A stretch of 64,000 nt of DNA, from assembly GCA_050506795.1 (NCBI GenBank), contig JBJHCF010000001.1, forward strand, positions 224,001 to 288,000, in the 5' to 3' direction. The stretch comes from Opitutia bacterium (GTDB lineage Bacteria > Verrucomicrobiota > Verrucomicrobiia > Opitutales > T3Sed10-336). A program made the position numbers and the translations under genes. Shown in pieces: positions 17,538 through 28,241 of the stretch (position 1 is the stretch's first letter; each line of letters opens with the position of its first letter). Below the pieces are notes generated by a model, which ran no database searches, was not told the DNA's origin, and was given only the letters and a program-made list of their open reading frames with translations.

Positions 17538-19382
17538 TTATTCTCTCTTTTTCGTCCCGGTCCCGGGTTCGGGCAGGCGTTCAAGGATCTCTCGGACCCG
17601 GAAGGACAAGCCGTCGCTCTTGGTGATGCCTTGAATTCGCTTCAGGCAGGTTTCGGCGCGAAGAATGCGCGCCAGTTGCCCGCATCCGTGGGAGTCGTGG
17701 TCGTTCAATTCCACCACCAGCACTTTCTCGAAGCGCCGGAATATATCCTCCAGGCCCAAGGGAAGCGGATTTAGGTGGCGAAGATGGAGGGCGCTGAGGG
17801 TGCGACCCTGGGTTTTGGCGCGATCCACGGCCTCTCGAATGGCCCCTTTGGTGGACCCCCAGCCGACCAGCAGAATTTCGCCTTCTCCGGGACCGTAGAC
17901 CTGGGGTGTTGGAAGTTTTGCCGCCAGGCGATCGAGCTTTACGCGCCGTTTGACGGTCATTGCCGCGTGGACTTTGGAATTTGCGGAAGGGTGGCCGTAC
18001 TCATTGTGCTCGAGGCCGGTGATGTTCGGGTAGTGGACGTCCTCTATGCGCGTTCCCGGGGGAACGTGCCGGGTAATGGAGTCGAAAGGATAAGGCTTGT
18101 GGTCTGGAACGGACTTCGGCCGACTGATCTGCGCGGGTTCGATGTCGGCAAGTTTCGGGAGATCGAAAGCTTCGATACGTGTGGCCAACGCCTGGTCGCT
18201 AAGGAAAACGACCGGAACGCTGTACTCGCAGGCGATGCGGACCGCTTCCACCATCAGGTAAAAGCAGTCCTCAACATTGGCCGGGGCCACGACGACCCGC
18301 GGGGCGTCCCCGTGTCCACCGTGCAGGGCGATGTTCAGATCGGACTGTTCAACATTTGTCGGCAGTCCGGTGGAAGGACCGCCGCGCTGAACATCGACGA
18401 CCAAAAGGGGAATCTCAGCCATGACCGCGTAGCTGATGGCCTCGCTTTTAAGCGATAGCCCGGGCCCGCTGGATCCCGTCATGGAGATTACTCCGGCGTA
18501 GGCCCCGCCGAGGGCGGCTGAGATGGCGGCCAGTTCGTCTTCCGTTTGGATAAAGGAACCCCCGTACTTGGGGAGATCCTGGCGGAGTTGCTCCATGACT
18601 TCCGTCCACGGAGTGATCGGATAGGCGGCCCCGAAGCGAACCCCCGCGGCGATGGCTCCGTACGCCAGCGCCTGGTTCCCGGTCATGGTCACTTTCGGTC
18701 GTCCGGTGGCCACCGGCTCTTCGAATGAATACAGCGACATCACGTCGCCGATGGAATAAGCGTATCCGCCGTTCAATGCCAGAAGGGCGTTGCGAACCAC
18801 CGAATCGTCCTTGCCGGTGAAGCGTTCCTTGATCAGCTTTCGGACCTTTTTCATGTTCAGGTCGAAAGCGCGGGCCAGCAGACCGAGCAGGAAGATGTTC
18901 TTTCCCTTCTGTTTGCCGGTGCCACCCAGAATTTCCACGGTCAGCGACGTCATGGGGACCGCGGCCGGAGTGATTCGCCGGGCACGGAGCAGATCGATAT
19001 CCGGAGTTACATGGATTGAGTCGTACAGCAGAATGCCGCCATCGCGCAAACTGTCGAGGTGGGTTTCGTAGGAATGCTGGTAGAAGGCGACCAGGATGTC
19101 TGCAGAGTCGCCGGCGCTCAACACCTCACCGCTGCCCATGTGCACCTGGAAAATCGACGGGCCTCCCGAGATGGTGGCGGGGATTGTCATGTAGGTCATG
19201 ACATCCATGTCGCTCCTTCCGGCCAGCCGGGCCAGCATGGCGCCGACCGATTGAATGCCGTCCTGGGAGTTGCCCGCGATGCGGATGACGGAGTCCCGGA
19301 TCGTTTCGGGCGTGGCTTCGGATTCTTCCACGTCGGGATTGTTTTTTTGAGCCTGTGTCGGCTGGCGGGTCATGGAGATCAA
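17538..19382 (-). CDS. 2-oxoacid:ferredoxin oxidoreductase alpha subunit (gamma-alpha fusion)
   Basis: AGNSQDGIQ, YPITP, EDELAA, SSGPGLSLK, QRGGPSTGLPT, GWGSTKG. Confidence 0.93.
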   Translation of the reverse strand: MISMTRQPTQAQKNNPDVEESEATPETIRDSVIRIAGNSQDGIQSVGAMLARLAGRSDMDVMTYMTIPATISGGPSIFQVHMGSGEVLSAGDSADILVAFYQHSYETHLDSLRDGGILLYDSIHVTPDIDLLRARRITPAAVPMTSLTVEILGGTGKQKGKNIFLLGLLARAFDLNMKKVRKLIKERFTGKDDSVVRNALLALNGGYAYSIGDVMSLYSFEEPVATGRPKVTMTGNQALAYGAIAAGVRFGAAYPITPWTEVMEQLRQDLPKYGGSFIQTEDELAAISAALGGAYAGVISMTGSSGPGLSLKSEAISYAVMAEIPLLVVDVQRGGPSTGLPTNVEQSDLNIALHGGHGDAPRVVVAPANVEDCFYLMVEAVRIACEYSVPVVFLSDQALATRIEAFDLPKLADIEPAQISRPKSVPDHKPYPFDSITRHVPPGTRIEDVHYPNITGLEHNEYGHPSANSKVHAAMTVKRRVKLDRLAAKLPTPQVYGPGEGEILLVGWGSTKGAIREAVDRAKTQGRTLSALHLRHLNPLPLGLEDIFRRFEKVLVVELNDHDSHGCGQLARILRAETCLKRIQGITKSDGLSFRVREILERLPEPGTGTKKRE

Positions 19383-19397
19383 TGTCTTGTGTGGCGT

Positions 19398-20156
19398 TTA
19401 AAGGGAACGGGCCGCGCGTCCGGCAGTGGAGGAGCGCCCCGTTTCCGGGTTGTCGTTTGGATCGGTTCGATCGATTTCGGCTTCGAAATGGAAATTGACT
19501 TTGAAGGCGTCGTGAGCGCGCAGCAGTCCGAAGAGGGCGGTGGGCGGTTCCATCTCGAACCAGTTCATCTTCAGAGCGAGTTCGCCTCGAATCTCGAAAC
19601 GTTTTCCGGGGATCTGACGAATCTCGACCTCATGCTCGACCTCGCGGGTGACCCCGGCGATTCTAAGGTCTCCGGTCACGGTCAGGAAAAGAGCCGGTTC
19701 GCCGTTCCCGGACGCGGCGCCGTCGCTCACCGATTTCAACTGGTACTCAATTATTGGATACTCTTCAAAGCGAATGGTTCTGCGGAGATCCCGCTGCATC
19801 CGGGAGCGGTCGCACTCGAGTGCTTCTATCGGCACTTCAACCCGAAGCGGGGATCCGCCGGTTTCGTCTTTCTCCTCGAAATCGATGGGGAAAGAGAGGG
19901 CTCCGGCCCAGGAGGCTTCCACCACCCGTTCGAACTGTTCTTCGGTCAGGTTCAGTTCCGCCGCCAGGTCGAGGCGGTCCCCGACGCACTCCCAGTCGTG
20001 CAGCGATGAAGTGCCCGCCACTCGCACATCCACCGGTGAAACGACCCGGAAACGAATCGTTTCACGTGTTTCCCCGATCACAGGTATCGCGCCGGCGACG
20101 GCGCCGAACGCGGCGAGCGCGGCGATCAGGGAGCGGATGGCGGGCGGCGGGTGCAT
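19398..20156 (-). CDS. YceI-family protein (secreted)
   Basis: Signal-like N-terminus, VAGTSSLHDW, GDLRIAGVTR, MEPPTALFG. Confidence 0.8.
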   Translation of the reverse strand: MHPPPAIRSLIAALAAFGAVAGAIPVIGETRETIRFRVVSPVDVRVAGTSSLHDWECVGDRLDLAAELNLTEEQFERVVEASWAGALSFPIDFEEKDETGGSPLRVEVPIEALECDRSRMQRDLRRTIRFEEYPIIEYQLKSVSDGAASGNGEPALFLTVTGDLRIAGVTREVEHEVEIRQIPGKRFEIRGELALKMNWFEMEPPTALFGLLRAHDAFKVNFHFEAEIDRTDPNDNPETGRSSTAGRAARSL

Positions 20157-20194
20157 GGTTTCCTCACTGGTTGGAACTTCAGTTCGGTGGGAGT

Positions 20195-20839
20195 TTAATT
20201 GCTTCTTTGTTCGAGAACCCACTGAAACTCCACGGAGACTTCGTCCGCGGCCCGCATGGTTCCAAACATCAACCGCGGCGGGTCGATGCCGAAATCGGAC
20301 ATTTTGAGGGCGGCTTTGCCTTTCAGCATGATGAGGTTGTCCTCTACCGTCCATTCCACCGGAAAGGTTGTTTCGCTGCTGTTACCCGTTACGGTGAGCA
20401 CTCCTTTCACTTCGGTGGTGAAGGAATTCGCCGCGGTGTCGAAATCACCGTTCAACTCGATGGATTTCAGTTCGAATTCGATGTAGCGGTGGTCACTGAC
20501 CTTCAAGTAGTCGTGCATGTTCGAGGTGAGGCGCCGGCTGTCGCTTTCGAGGGAGTTGGCGGGAATCCGTACCTTGGCGCGAAAGGTTTGTGCCAGGAAG
20601 GCCTCGGGATCGAAGCTTGCCGGGTCAAAGGCGCCGTTGGATTCGATTTCGATCGTGCCCTCAATGTTGGACGATTCCGCGTCCCAGTCGCGAACGTTGG
20701 AGGTTCCTTCGATCATGACCGTGTTTCGGTCGTCGGTGGCCGGAACCAGGACCAGCGATTCCGCCTGGAGGGCGCCGAGAGTAAAGTACGCGAGTCCCGC
20801 GGCAGCGGCTGTTCTAAGTGTTTGTTGCAGGATATTCAT
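20195..20839 (-). CDS. YceI-family protein (secreted)
   Basis: Signal peptide, IEGTSNVRDW, GVLTVTG, MSDFGIDPPRLMFG. Confidence 0.85.
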   Translation of the reverse strand: MNILQQTLRTAAAAGLAYFTLGALQAESLVLVPATDDRNTVMIEGTSNVRDWDAESSNIEGTIEIESNGAFDPASFDPEAFLAQTFRAKVRIPANSLESDSRRLTSNMHDYLKVSDHRYIEFELKSIELNGDFDTAANSFTTEVKGVLTVTGNSSETTFPVEWTVEDNLIMLKGKAALKMSDFGIDPPRLMFGTMRAADEVSVEFQWVLEQRSN

Positions 20840-20925
20840 GGTTATCGTTTCGGTGAGGTGTTGATTTGATGGATGGACCCCCGCCCGTTTTGGGCGGTGC
20901 GGGAGTCGCTTATGGATTTGTCGCC

Positions 20926-22161
20926 TCAGAAGGAGAAGGAGAACTCGGCGATCACGCCTTGGAACTTGGGATCCTGGCTGAGTTCAACGCCGCTCATCGT
21001 TCCGTGATCGAAACCGCTGGTGGTCTGATAGACGTATTCGACCTTGAGGAGGAGACCGTCCAACACCCACGCTCCGAATCCGGCCTGGTAGCGATCGACA
21101 CGACCGTTATTAGAGGAGTCTCCCGCAAACCGTTGCGCGTCGGCCGCGCTGTAACGAGCCGCGGCGTAAACCGAATCCGGCAGAAGGTAAACCTGGCCGG
21201 TGGCCCCGTAGTAAAGCCAGGCTTCGCTGCCGCCCATATTGTTGTCATCGGCCCGACCGAAGAAGCCCGTGAAGTTCAGCCGGGCATCAGGCGTCCAGCC
21301 GGCGTCCAGTTGCCAGGCTTCGATATCCGTTCCGTTGCCGACCGTGACCTGTCCGGCGGCGCCGCCGTCATCCCAGATTCCGGCGTACTGGCTCCCAAGC
21401 CGTTCCGTGCGGAAAAGGTTGGCTCCGCGAACCACGCTGCTGCCGTGATTGGCACGGTAGTAGGAGGCGGCGACATCGACCGGGATCTGCGGCAGATCGG
21501 CCCAAATCTTGCCGCGGTAGGAGAACCGGGCGCCTTCACTGAAGTTTTCGGTCGCAACTCCGCTGCCGGTTCCGATCATGGCACCGAAACCCCGGTCGTT
21601 TTGATGGATGATTTCAATTCCGGCTTCGGTCGCGTGGGGGCTGACCACAGGGTTGCCGACCAGTGGATTGCGTTGGACGTCGGCGTTATTCGAACGTCGG
21701 TGAATTTCATTGCCGAAGTTGACCATAAAATGACCGGCCTTCACGTCGATGTGGTCGAAAATTGCGTTGGCGGCCGGCAAAAGGGAGTTCTCGGGCATTC
21801 GCTTGAGGAGAATGTAGCCCTGATGACCCCAGACTTTGTCCGAGTGCACCCGGCTGGCGAGAGTGACGTCAAAGAACACTTCGTAGTAGTCTTCGTAGAA
21901 GAGGCGCCATCCGAGATTGCCGATCGCGTGCTGCAGCCCCGCGTCGGAAAGCTCTTGCTTATCAAATCCCGCCGCTGATTTGTCGTCGGCGTTGTGGTCG
22001 AGCGCCTGGAGACGTCCCACGGTGTGCACCTCCATGTGAAGTTCATAACCGTCGATTTCCGTGAGGAGGATCGCCTCGGCTTCAGGCGCCGCGACCAGGC
22101 CCGCCAGGGACAAGCCGGCAACGGCTAATGCTTTTCTTGAGATGGAATTCACTGCATTCAT
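20926..22161 (-). CDS. Putative outer-membrane beta-barrel protein
   Basis: Signal peptide ending AEA, amphipathic strand-like segments, C-terminal IAEFSFSF with terminal Phe. Confidence 0.65.
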   Translation of the reverse strand: MNAVNSISRKALAVAGLSLAGLVAAPEAEAILLTEIDGYELHMEVHTVGRLQALDHNADDKSAAGFDKQELSDAGLQHAIGNLGWRLFYEDYYEVFFDVTLASRVHSDKVWGHQGYILLKRMPENSLLPAANAIFDHIDVKAGHFMVNFGNEIHRRSNNADVQRNPLVGNPVVSPHATEAGIEIIHQNDRGFGAMIGTGSGVATENFSEGARFSYRGKIWADLPQIPVDVAASYYRANHGSSVVRGANLFRTERLGSQYAGIWDDGGAAGQVTVGNGTDIEAWQLDAGWTPDARLNFTGFFGRADDNNMGGSEAWLYYGATGQVYLLPDSVYAAARYSAADAQRFAGDSSNNGRVDRYQAGFGAWVLDGLLLKVEYVYQTTSGFDHGTMSGVELSQDPKFQGVIAEFSFSF

Positions 22162-22232
22162 ATTTTCCGGTGGTTTTTGGTGTTTTCCCGTTCCCGGCGT
22201 AGCATCCGGCATCGAGGGTTTGCCTATTTACC

Positions 22233-22248
22233 GCAGCAACCGTGCCGA
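22233..22248 (-). promoter_or_regulatory. Sigma54 -24/-12 promoter
   Basis: Minus strand TCGGCACGGTTGCTGC has GG-N10-GC with a GGCACG core, ~70 bp before the barrel-gene ATG and beside a sigma54 activator gene. Confidence 0.7.
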
Positions 22249-22516
22249 ATGGCAGAAGTCAGGGGAGTTTTTGTTTTGAGGAAACGAGTAAGGCGGAAGA
22301 TTCCAGCCCGTAACCCGTTTAAACAAAGGACGATTGGCATTCCTGAAGCCGCGAAAAAAACGCCACTTTTTTTTCGATTCGCCGTTGAAAGCTCTGGACC
22401 GAGCCTGGGTGTTCGTCACGCCGCCGTGACACGTCCGCCCCGGTGCCGGGCCAAGGAGGAGCTACGGGGAGGTCTGCCAACCCGGAGGACCTCATGTAAA
22501 GCGATTCTCAAGGCGG

Positions 22517-22566
22517 TGTCACAAAAACGAAACAGCGGAATTTACCGGTGTCACGGGAATGTGACA
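22517..22566. promoter_or_regulatory. Tandem enhancer (UAS) palindromes for the sigma54 activator
   Basis: TGTCAC-aaaaac-GAAACA (22517-22534) and perfect TGTCAC-gggaat-GTGACA (22549-22566), 32 bp apart. Confidence 0.65.
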
Positions 22567-22617
22567 TCCTTCGGGAAGGGTGGGTCCGGATTCCCCGGCT
22601 TCGGCGCACACGGGTTT

Positions 22618-24003
22618 TCAGCGATAATCCGCCGGATCGAGTTCGTGATTCTTGAGCAGGCGATACAGGGTTCCCCGGGGGAGTTGGGCGTCGCGGGCGG
22701 CCTGGGAGACATCGCCTGAGGTTCGGCTGAGGAGGCTGCTGAGGTATTCGCGCTCAAAAGCGGCGACCCGGCGTTCACGTTGGGCGAAGAAGCCGTTATC
22801 GCCCGCCGCCGGCAGGTGCCGGGCGGCGGCGACGACGTGATCCGGCAGATCGTCCGGGACGATGGTGTCGTGCCGCACCATGGCCAGGGTGCGCTTCAGC
22901 ACGTTTTGCAATTCACGGACATTTCCGGGCCAGGAGTAGGCGGAAAGCACTTCGATGGTCTCCGGACTCAGTTCGGTTTCCTGCCGCCCCATTTCAGATG
23001 CGTAGTTTTTCAGCAGGCGTTCGGCCAGAAGGGGAATGTCTCCTTCCCGTTCACGCAGCGGAGGGAGATCGATGCGAGCGACGTTGATCCGGTAATACAA
23101 GTCGAGGCGGAAGCGGCCGGCTTTGACTTCGGCATCGAGGTCCAGCGAGGTCGCCGCCACGATGCGCAAATCGATGTCGAGCTGTCGATTGCTCCCCAAC
23201 CGGCGTATGGTGCGTTCCTGCAAGGCGCGCAGAAGTTTCGCCTGAAGGGAGGAAGGCAGGTGGCCCACCTCGTCGAGGAAGAGGGTGCCCTGGTTGGCGT
23301 ATTCGAGCAATCCGAGATTCCGGTTCTGGGCGCCGGTGAAAGCACCCTTTTCATGACCGAAGAACTCGCTTTCCATCAGTTCTTTGGGAATCGCGCCACA
23401 ATCGACCGGAACAAATCTTCTGGCGGCCCGGCGGCTGCGCTGGTGGATGCCGCGGGCCACCAGTTCTTTGCCGGTGCCGGTTTCCCCCAGGACCAGCACG
23501 TCGACGTCGGTCTCCGACACCCTCCCAACAGTGTGAAAAATATTCTGCATGGCCTCGCTCTTACCCAACATTTCCCCAAAGGCGTAGGAGCGTTCGACCT
23601 GGCGACGCAGCAGTTGATTCTCATCCCGCAAACGCTGTTCCTCGATCAGCCGCTTCACGGTGGCGAGCAGGTCGTCGGTGTTAAAGGGTTTTACAATGTA
23701 GTCCGACGCGCCGAGCTTCATCGATTCGACGGCGGTTTCGACCGATGGATAGGCGGTGAGGATAAGCACCGGCAGGTTGGGGTCCTTTTCCCTGGCGATT
23801 CGCAGCAGCTCCATTCCGTCCACACCCGGCATCCGAATGTCGGTGAGAAGGAGATCGAATCCGTCGTCGGCCAAGCGTTTCGCCGCCGTTTTCGAGTCCG
23901 ATTCAACCTCGATCTCGACATCGGGAAGTACATTCAAAGTATCTTCGCAGACCTCAAGCATGCCGGGCTCGTCGTCGACGATAAAAATGCGGATGTTTCT
24001 CAT
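22618..24003 (-). CDS. Sigma54-dependent response regulator (NtrC/AtoC family)
   Basis: REC domain (VDDE, DIRMPG), GETGTGKE, GAFTGA, WPGNVREL, C-terminal Fis-type HTH. Confidence 0.95.
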   Translation of the reverse strand: MRNIRIFIVDDEPGMLEVCEDTLNVLPDVEIEVESDSKTAAKRLADDGFDLLLTDIRMPGVDGMELLRIAREKDPNLPVLILTAYPSVETAVESMKLGASDYIVKPFNTDDLLATVKRLIEEQRLRDENQLLRRQVERSYAFGEMLGKSEAMQNIFHTVGRVSETDVDVLVLGETGTGKELVARGIHQRSRRAARRFVPVDCGAIPKELMESEFFGHEKGAFTGAQNRNLGLLEYANQGTLFLDEVGHLPSSLQAKLLRALQERTIRRLGSNRQLDIDLRIVAATSLDLDAEVKAGRFRLDLYYRINVARIDLPPLREREGDIPLLAERLLKNYASEMGRQETELSPETIEVLSAYSWPGNVRELQNVLKRTLAMVRHDTIVPDDLPDHVVAAARHLPAAGDNGFFAQRERRVAAFEREYLSSLLSRTSGDVSQAARDAQLPRGTLYRLLKNHELDPADYR

Positions 24004-24049
24004 GGCAGCCTGTGTTTGTTCCCTGGCCGGGTGTTTTGAAAGGATGGTA

Positions 24050-26056
24050 TCATTCCGAGGGCAGTCGTACCACAAAACGGGCCCCGCCTCCGGGAGCGTC
24101 CTCAATGACTATTTCACCCTGATGACTGCGGAGCAGACCCTGGCAAATGGAGAGTCCGAGTCCCGTGCCGTGGTTATCCTGTTTGGTGGTGAAAAACGGC
24201 TCGAAGACCCGTTCACGAATCTCGGGAGGAATCCCGCCTCCGGTATCGTCGACGGCGATGGCCAGAGTACTGTTAGAGGATTCTTTGCCCGGAAACGAAA
24301 CCAGCGAAATCGTCATACGGCCTCCTTTCTCCATTGCCTGGATCGCATTGATGAAAAGGTTGAGGAAAACCTGCTCCATTTCCGCGGCGTTGGCTTTGGC
24401 CGTTATTGGAGTGTCGGGAAGTTTGTCTTCGATGGTGATTTCCCGGTTTAGCGCGCGGTGTTCGATCATCGAGATCGACTTTCGAATCGGCGCGCGCAGA
24501 TCAACCGGACGGCGAACGGTCGGCGAAGGCATTGAATAGGAGAGCAGGCCCTGGGCTATGCGTGCGACCCGCTCGGTGTAATCCATTATTTTACCCAGAT
24601 CCTCGGCGATTTTATCGGACATCTCCCTCCGCTGGTTTTTCAGCAGCAGACTGGCCTTGGCATTGATTACAGCGATCGGGTTGTTGACTTCATGGGCGAT
24701 TTGTCCCGCGAGTTCACCGACGGCAGCCATCTGTCCGGCCCGCATCATCCGGTCGTGCGCCCGCTTTTGCGCGGTAATGTCGTGTGCGAGCTGCACCACG
24801 CCGCTAAGGGCGCCGCGAGAGTCGAGTACCGGGGCGCTGGCAAGGTGAAAATGCTGGCGGCGATTATCCGCTGCGGTGCGTTCGAATTCGAGCGAATCCA
24901 GCTCGCCTTTCAGCAAGCATTCACGTGCCGGACAGCCAATGTTGGGGAGGTCGGGAGAGATCTGGCATGCCTGGCCGATTTCGCCAAACCAGTCCTTCCA
25001 TCTTTGGTTAGCTGAAACCGGAACCAGCGAGGGGGTAAGAATTCTCATGCCGGTGCGCGTGCTTTCGAGCGCCTGTTCCAGCAACTGCCGATCAGCCAAG
25101 GCCCGATCAGCCAGGGCGATCACCCGTCGCTCGTTACGGCGAAGGCGTTCGGCGAGGGTGGTGACAAAAAAGGCGACAAGGAAAAGAATTGCCCAATGCA
25201 CACCGACCACCGGAAGCACGTAGGCGGGTTCATGCACCGGACTGCCACCCGAATCGTGAGAGAACGTCATGAATGGATGATGGGGGAGTATCTCCAACAG
25301 TTCACCGAACGCGACCGCGGCGAACAACAGACTTCCCGCGGCGGCCAAACGGTAGCACTCGGCCTTCGACAGCAGGATGCCGCCGATAATGACATGGAAG
25401 AGCATAAACACCGCCAGGGGGTTTTGCGTCCCGCCTGAAAAATGCAGCAGAACGGCGAGAATTACGAGGTCGGCATAGGCCTGCGATATCAAGAGGCTGC
25501 GGGGATGCACCGACCGGTGAACCATCAGGGAATAAAGGATGTTCGATGCCGCGAGCGCACCCACGGTGCCCACCAGCGGCCACCAGGTGCTCCACGGCAA
25601 CAGTTCGAAGACTTTAACGCCCAAAAAAACCAGGTTTCCCGCCACCAGCACCGCGATCCAGCGCATGGCAATGAACCATTGCACGTAAAGGCGAATACGC
25701 TGCTCGCGCACGCGTTCCGCCTGCAGGTCCTCCTCCACCGCGGTGGCGGTCAGCAAGGCCGGGGAGGAGCGAATCACAATCCAGCCGACCGTAACGCCGA
25801 CCAATAGCGCGGTAAGCACACCACGAATTCTGTGAAGGTTGTTCCGCGCTTCTTCGCTGATGTCGCTCAGCCAGATTCGTTCGACAATCTCGTAACCCCC
25901 GAACATGAGTACCACAACACCCAAGGCCCCCATCGCCGCCGGAAGAAACGGGTGCAGCGGAGAGACCCGTCGCGGAGAAGGATCGATCTTGCCGCCGGCG
26001 GCGTTCTCCTTTTCGCTTGGCGGTTCCGGCAGGTTCGATTGAAGATGGGAAGGCAT
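24050..26056 (-). CDS. Multi-TM sensor histidine kinase
   Basis: Several TM segments, PAS-like region, AHEVNNP H-box, NLFINA, DTGGGI, FFTTK, GTGLGLS. Start uncertain. Confidence 0.92.
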   Translation of the reverse strand: MPSHLQSNLPEPPSEKENAAGGKIDPSPRRVSPLHPFLPAAMGALGVVVLMFGGYEIVERIWLSDISEEARNNLHRIRGVLTALLVGVTVGWIVIRSSPALLTATAVEEDLQAERVREQRIRLYVQWFIAMRWIAVLVAGNLVFLGVKVFELLPWSTWWPLVGTVGALAASNILYSLMVHRSVHPRSLLISQAYADLVILAVLLHFSGGTQNPLAVFMLFHVIIGGILLSKAECYRLAAAGSLLFAAVAFGELLEILPHHPFMTFSHDSGGSPVHEPAYVLPVVGVHWAILFLVAFFVTTLAERLRRNERRVIALADRALADRQLLEQALESTRTGMRILTPSLVPVSANQRWKDWFGEIGQACQISPDLPNIGCPARECLLKGELDSLEFERTAADNRRQHFHLASAPVLDSRGALSGVVQLAHDITAQKRAHDRMMRAGQMAAVGELAGQIAHEVNNPIAVINAKASLLLKNQRREMSDKIAEDLGKIMDYTERVARIAQGLLSYSMPSPTVRRPVDLRAPIRKSISMIEHRALNREITIEDKLPDTPITAKANAAEMEQVFLNLFINAIQAMEKGGRMTISLVSFPGKESSNSTLAIAVDDTGGGIPPEIRERVFEPFFTTKQDNHGTGLGLSICQGLLRSHQGEIVIEDAPGGGARFVVRLPSE

Positions 26057-26222
26057 TCCAGGTGTCCTGTACAATAATTCGGGTGGGAGCCAAACATCAA
26101 GCCCGCGAATCCCTGATTCGGGTTCGTGTCGCCCGTCGCGCCCATACGGGTGTTTTGTGCGGTGGCAACTATTGCCGCGACAAGCGGACATTTCTATTCT
26201 ATGTTTTTCTTTTCAAGTCTCA

Positions 26223-27338
26223 ATGGAAACGACAGATCATATCATTGAAGCAACCGGCATCAGCACCGGGGATTCGTTCGACCACATCGACAACACCCGG
26301 ATCAAAGCCCTGCGGCCCCTGGTGCCGCCCGCCATTCTGATCGAGGAATTGCCGTTAACGGCTCAGGATGCGGAGTTTGTGCGACGTAACCGCGAGGAAA
26401 TCGCCCGGATCATGGGGGGGCATGACGATCGCCTGGTGGTGGTGGTGGGCCCCTGTTCGATCCACGACCCGGCGGCTGCGCTGGAGTATGCCCGCGAGAT
26501 GCGGAGGCTGACCGAGCCGCTCTCCGGGGAACTGCTGGTGGTGATGCGGGTGTACTTTGAAAAACCGCGCACCGTGGTGGGCTGGAAGGGGTTGATCAAC
26601 GACCCCTACCTTGACGGCAGTTTTCAGATCAACGCCGGCCTGAGGATGGCCCGTAAACTGTTGTTGGACGTGATCGAAACCGGTTTACCCACCGGGACCG
26701 AATTCCTCGACACCATCATTCCGCAGTTCGTGGCCGACCTGGTGACCTGGGCGGCTATCGGAGCCCGCACCACCGAAAGCCAGGTGCACCGCGAGCTTGC
26801 CTCCGGCCTTTCCATGCCGGTGGGATTCAAAAACGGGACTGGCGGAAACGTCCAGATGGGCGTCGACGCCATTCGTTCGGCGCAGTGTTCGCACTGGTTT
26901 CCTTCCGTCACCAAACAAGGTGTGACCGCAATTTTCTGCACGACCGGCAACGACACCGGGCACCTGATCCTGCGCGGCGGCGCGCGGACGGGACCCAATT
27001 ACGACGCAGGCAGTGTGGCTGAGGCGGTAGACGCGTTGACGAAAGTCGGATTGCCTCCCCACCTGATGGTCGATTGCAGTCACGCCAACAGTGGCAAGGA
27101 TTACCGGCGCCAGCCTGAGGTTGCTGCCAATATCGCGGAGCAGATCGCGGGCGGTGGCCGGGCGATTCAGGGGGTGATGCTGGAGAGTTTTTTGCGTGAA
27201 GGACGCCAGGACTACGTGAAAGGCAGGGAATCGGTTTACGGCCAAAGCATCACCGACGCCTGCATGTCGCTGGAAACGACCGCAGAAGTCCTTGCCGGTC
27301 TGGCGGCCGCGGTGACAAAGCGTCGCCGCGGTGCATAA
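26223..27338 (+). CDS. aroG: 3-deoxy-7-phosphoheptulonate (DAHP) synthase, class I (AroF/G/H type)
   Basis: GPCSIHD, RVYFEKPRT, IGARTTESQVHRE, DCSHANS, GQSITDAC. Feedback specificity not determinable. Confidence 0.93.
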   Translation: METTDHIIEATGISTGDSFDHIDNTRIKALRPLVPPAILIEELPLTAQDAEFVRRNREEIARIMGGHDDRLVVVVGPCSIHDPAAALEYAREMRRLTEPLSGELLVVMRVYFEKPRTVVGWKGLINDPYLDGSFQINAGLRMARKLLLDVIETGLPTGTEFLDTIIPQFVADLVTWAAIGARTTESQVHRELASGLSMPVGFKNGTGGNVQMGVDAIRSAQCSHWFPSVTKQGVTAIFCTTGNDTGHLILRGGARTGPNYDAGSVAEAVDALTKVGLPPHLMVDCSHANSGKDYRRQPEVAANIAEQIAGGGRAIQGVMLESFLREGRQDYVKGRESVYGQSITDACMSLETTAEVLAGLAAAVTKRRRGA

Positions 27339-27356
27339 TCATGACTGCCCTCCGGT

Positions 27357-28241
27357 CTACTCGTTTTCCTCGTCGTCGATTTTCTGATACACCCTTACCC
27401 AGTCGACCTTGAATCGGGCCGGGAACTCGGTCTCGGACGGATCCCCCCCGTTGCTGCCAATGGCCAGGTTGAGCAGCATGTAATGCGGCTGGTGGAAAGG
27501 GTTGGATCCGTCGGCATTCAGGGTTCCCGAAAGATCGGTTTCATTGAGCAGGCGGTCGTTTACGTATAGCCGAATGTAATCCTCGGTCCAATCCATGCGC
27601 CAGACATGGAAATCGTCCGCCCAGTCTTCGCCGCCCAGTTCGGAAAGCGGAGTGGCCACGGCATCCCAGGCTGCGGTCCAGCGGCGGTCGGTGCCCCACG
27701 CCACGTTGGCGTAGAGGTTGCCGCTGTAATATTCCATGATGTCGATTTCTCCGTTGGAGGGCCATTCCCGTTCGACCCCGAGGGTCCACCAGGCCGGCCA
27801 CATACCCTGGCGCACGTCGATGCGCCCGCGCATCTCGAAACGGCCATACTGCCAACTCTGCTGCCCCATGGTCCGGATGCTGGATGAAGTGTACTCGGCG
27901 TACTCGCGCGAACTGCGCCAATCGCCGCTGTCCGGGTTATACCGGGGATTGGGCACCCGTTCGCGGCGCCCTTCGATGATCAGCAGACCATCCTCGCACC
28001 AGACATTTTGGGGTTGGTAGAACTGCAACTCCTGGTTGCGGACAAAACCGTGCTCGTAATTCCAGTTCTCCGGATTGGGCGGGCCGTCCACGTCGAACTC
28101 ATCGGCCCAGACCAGCTTGTAACCCGGATGGGCATTCTCCGGATCCTCCGCGGACGCCGCGCCGGCCATGAAAACAGCCGCTCCGGCGACCAGGGAGAAA
28201 AGAGCTCGATCGGCAGAGAAGAAGATAAGGGCTTTCGTCAT
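27357..28241 (-). CDS. Glycoside hydrolase family 16 (laminarinase-like), secreted
   Basis: LVWADEFD, YGRFEMR, WPSNGEIDIMEY catalytic motif, LLNLAIG. Confidence 0.92.
   Translation of the reverse strand: MTKALIFFSADRALFSLVAGAAVFMAGAASAEDPENAHPGYKLVWADEFDVDGPPNPENWNYEHGFVRNQELQFYQPQNVWCEDGLLIIEGRRERVPNPRYNPDSGDWRSSREYAEYTSSSIRTMGQQSWQYGRFEMRGRIDVRQGMWPAWWTLGVEREWPSNGEIDIMEYYSGNLYANVAWGTDRRWTAAWDAVATPLSELGGEDWADDFHVWRMDWTEDYIRLYVNDRLLNETDLSGTLNADGSNPFHQPHYMLLNLAIGSNGGDPSETEFPARFKVDWVRVYQKIDDEENE

Noticed and set aside
20877..20900. Hairpin ccgccc-gtttt-gggcgg after the barrel gene as a terminator
   Set aside because: No U-tract on the coding strand; at most an mRNA-stabilising stem.
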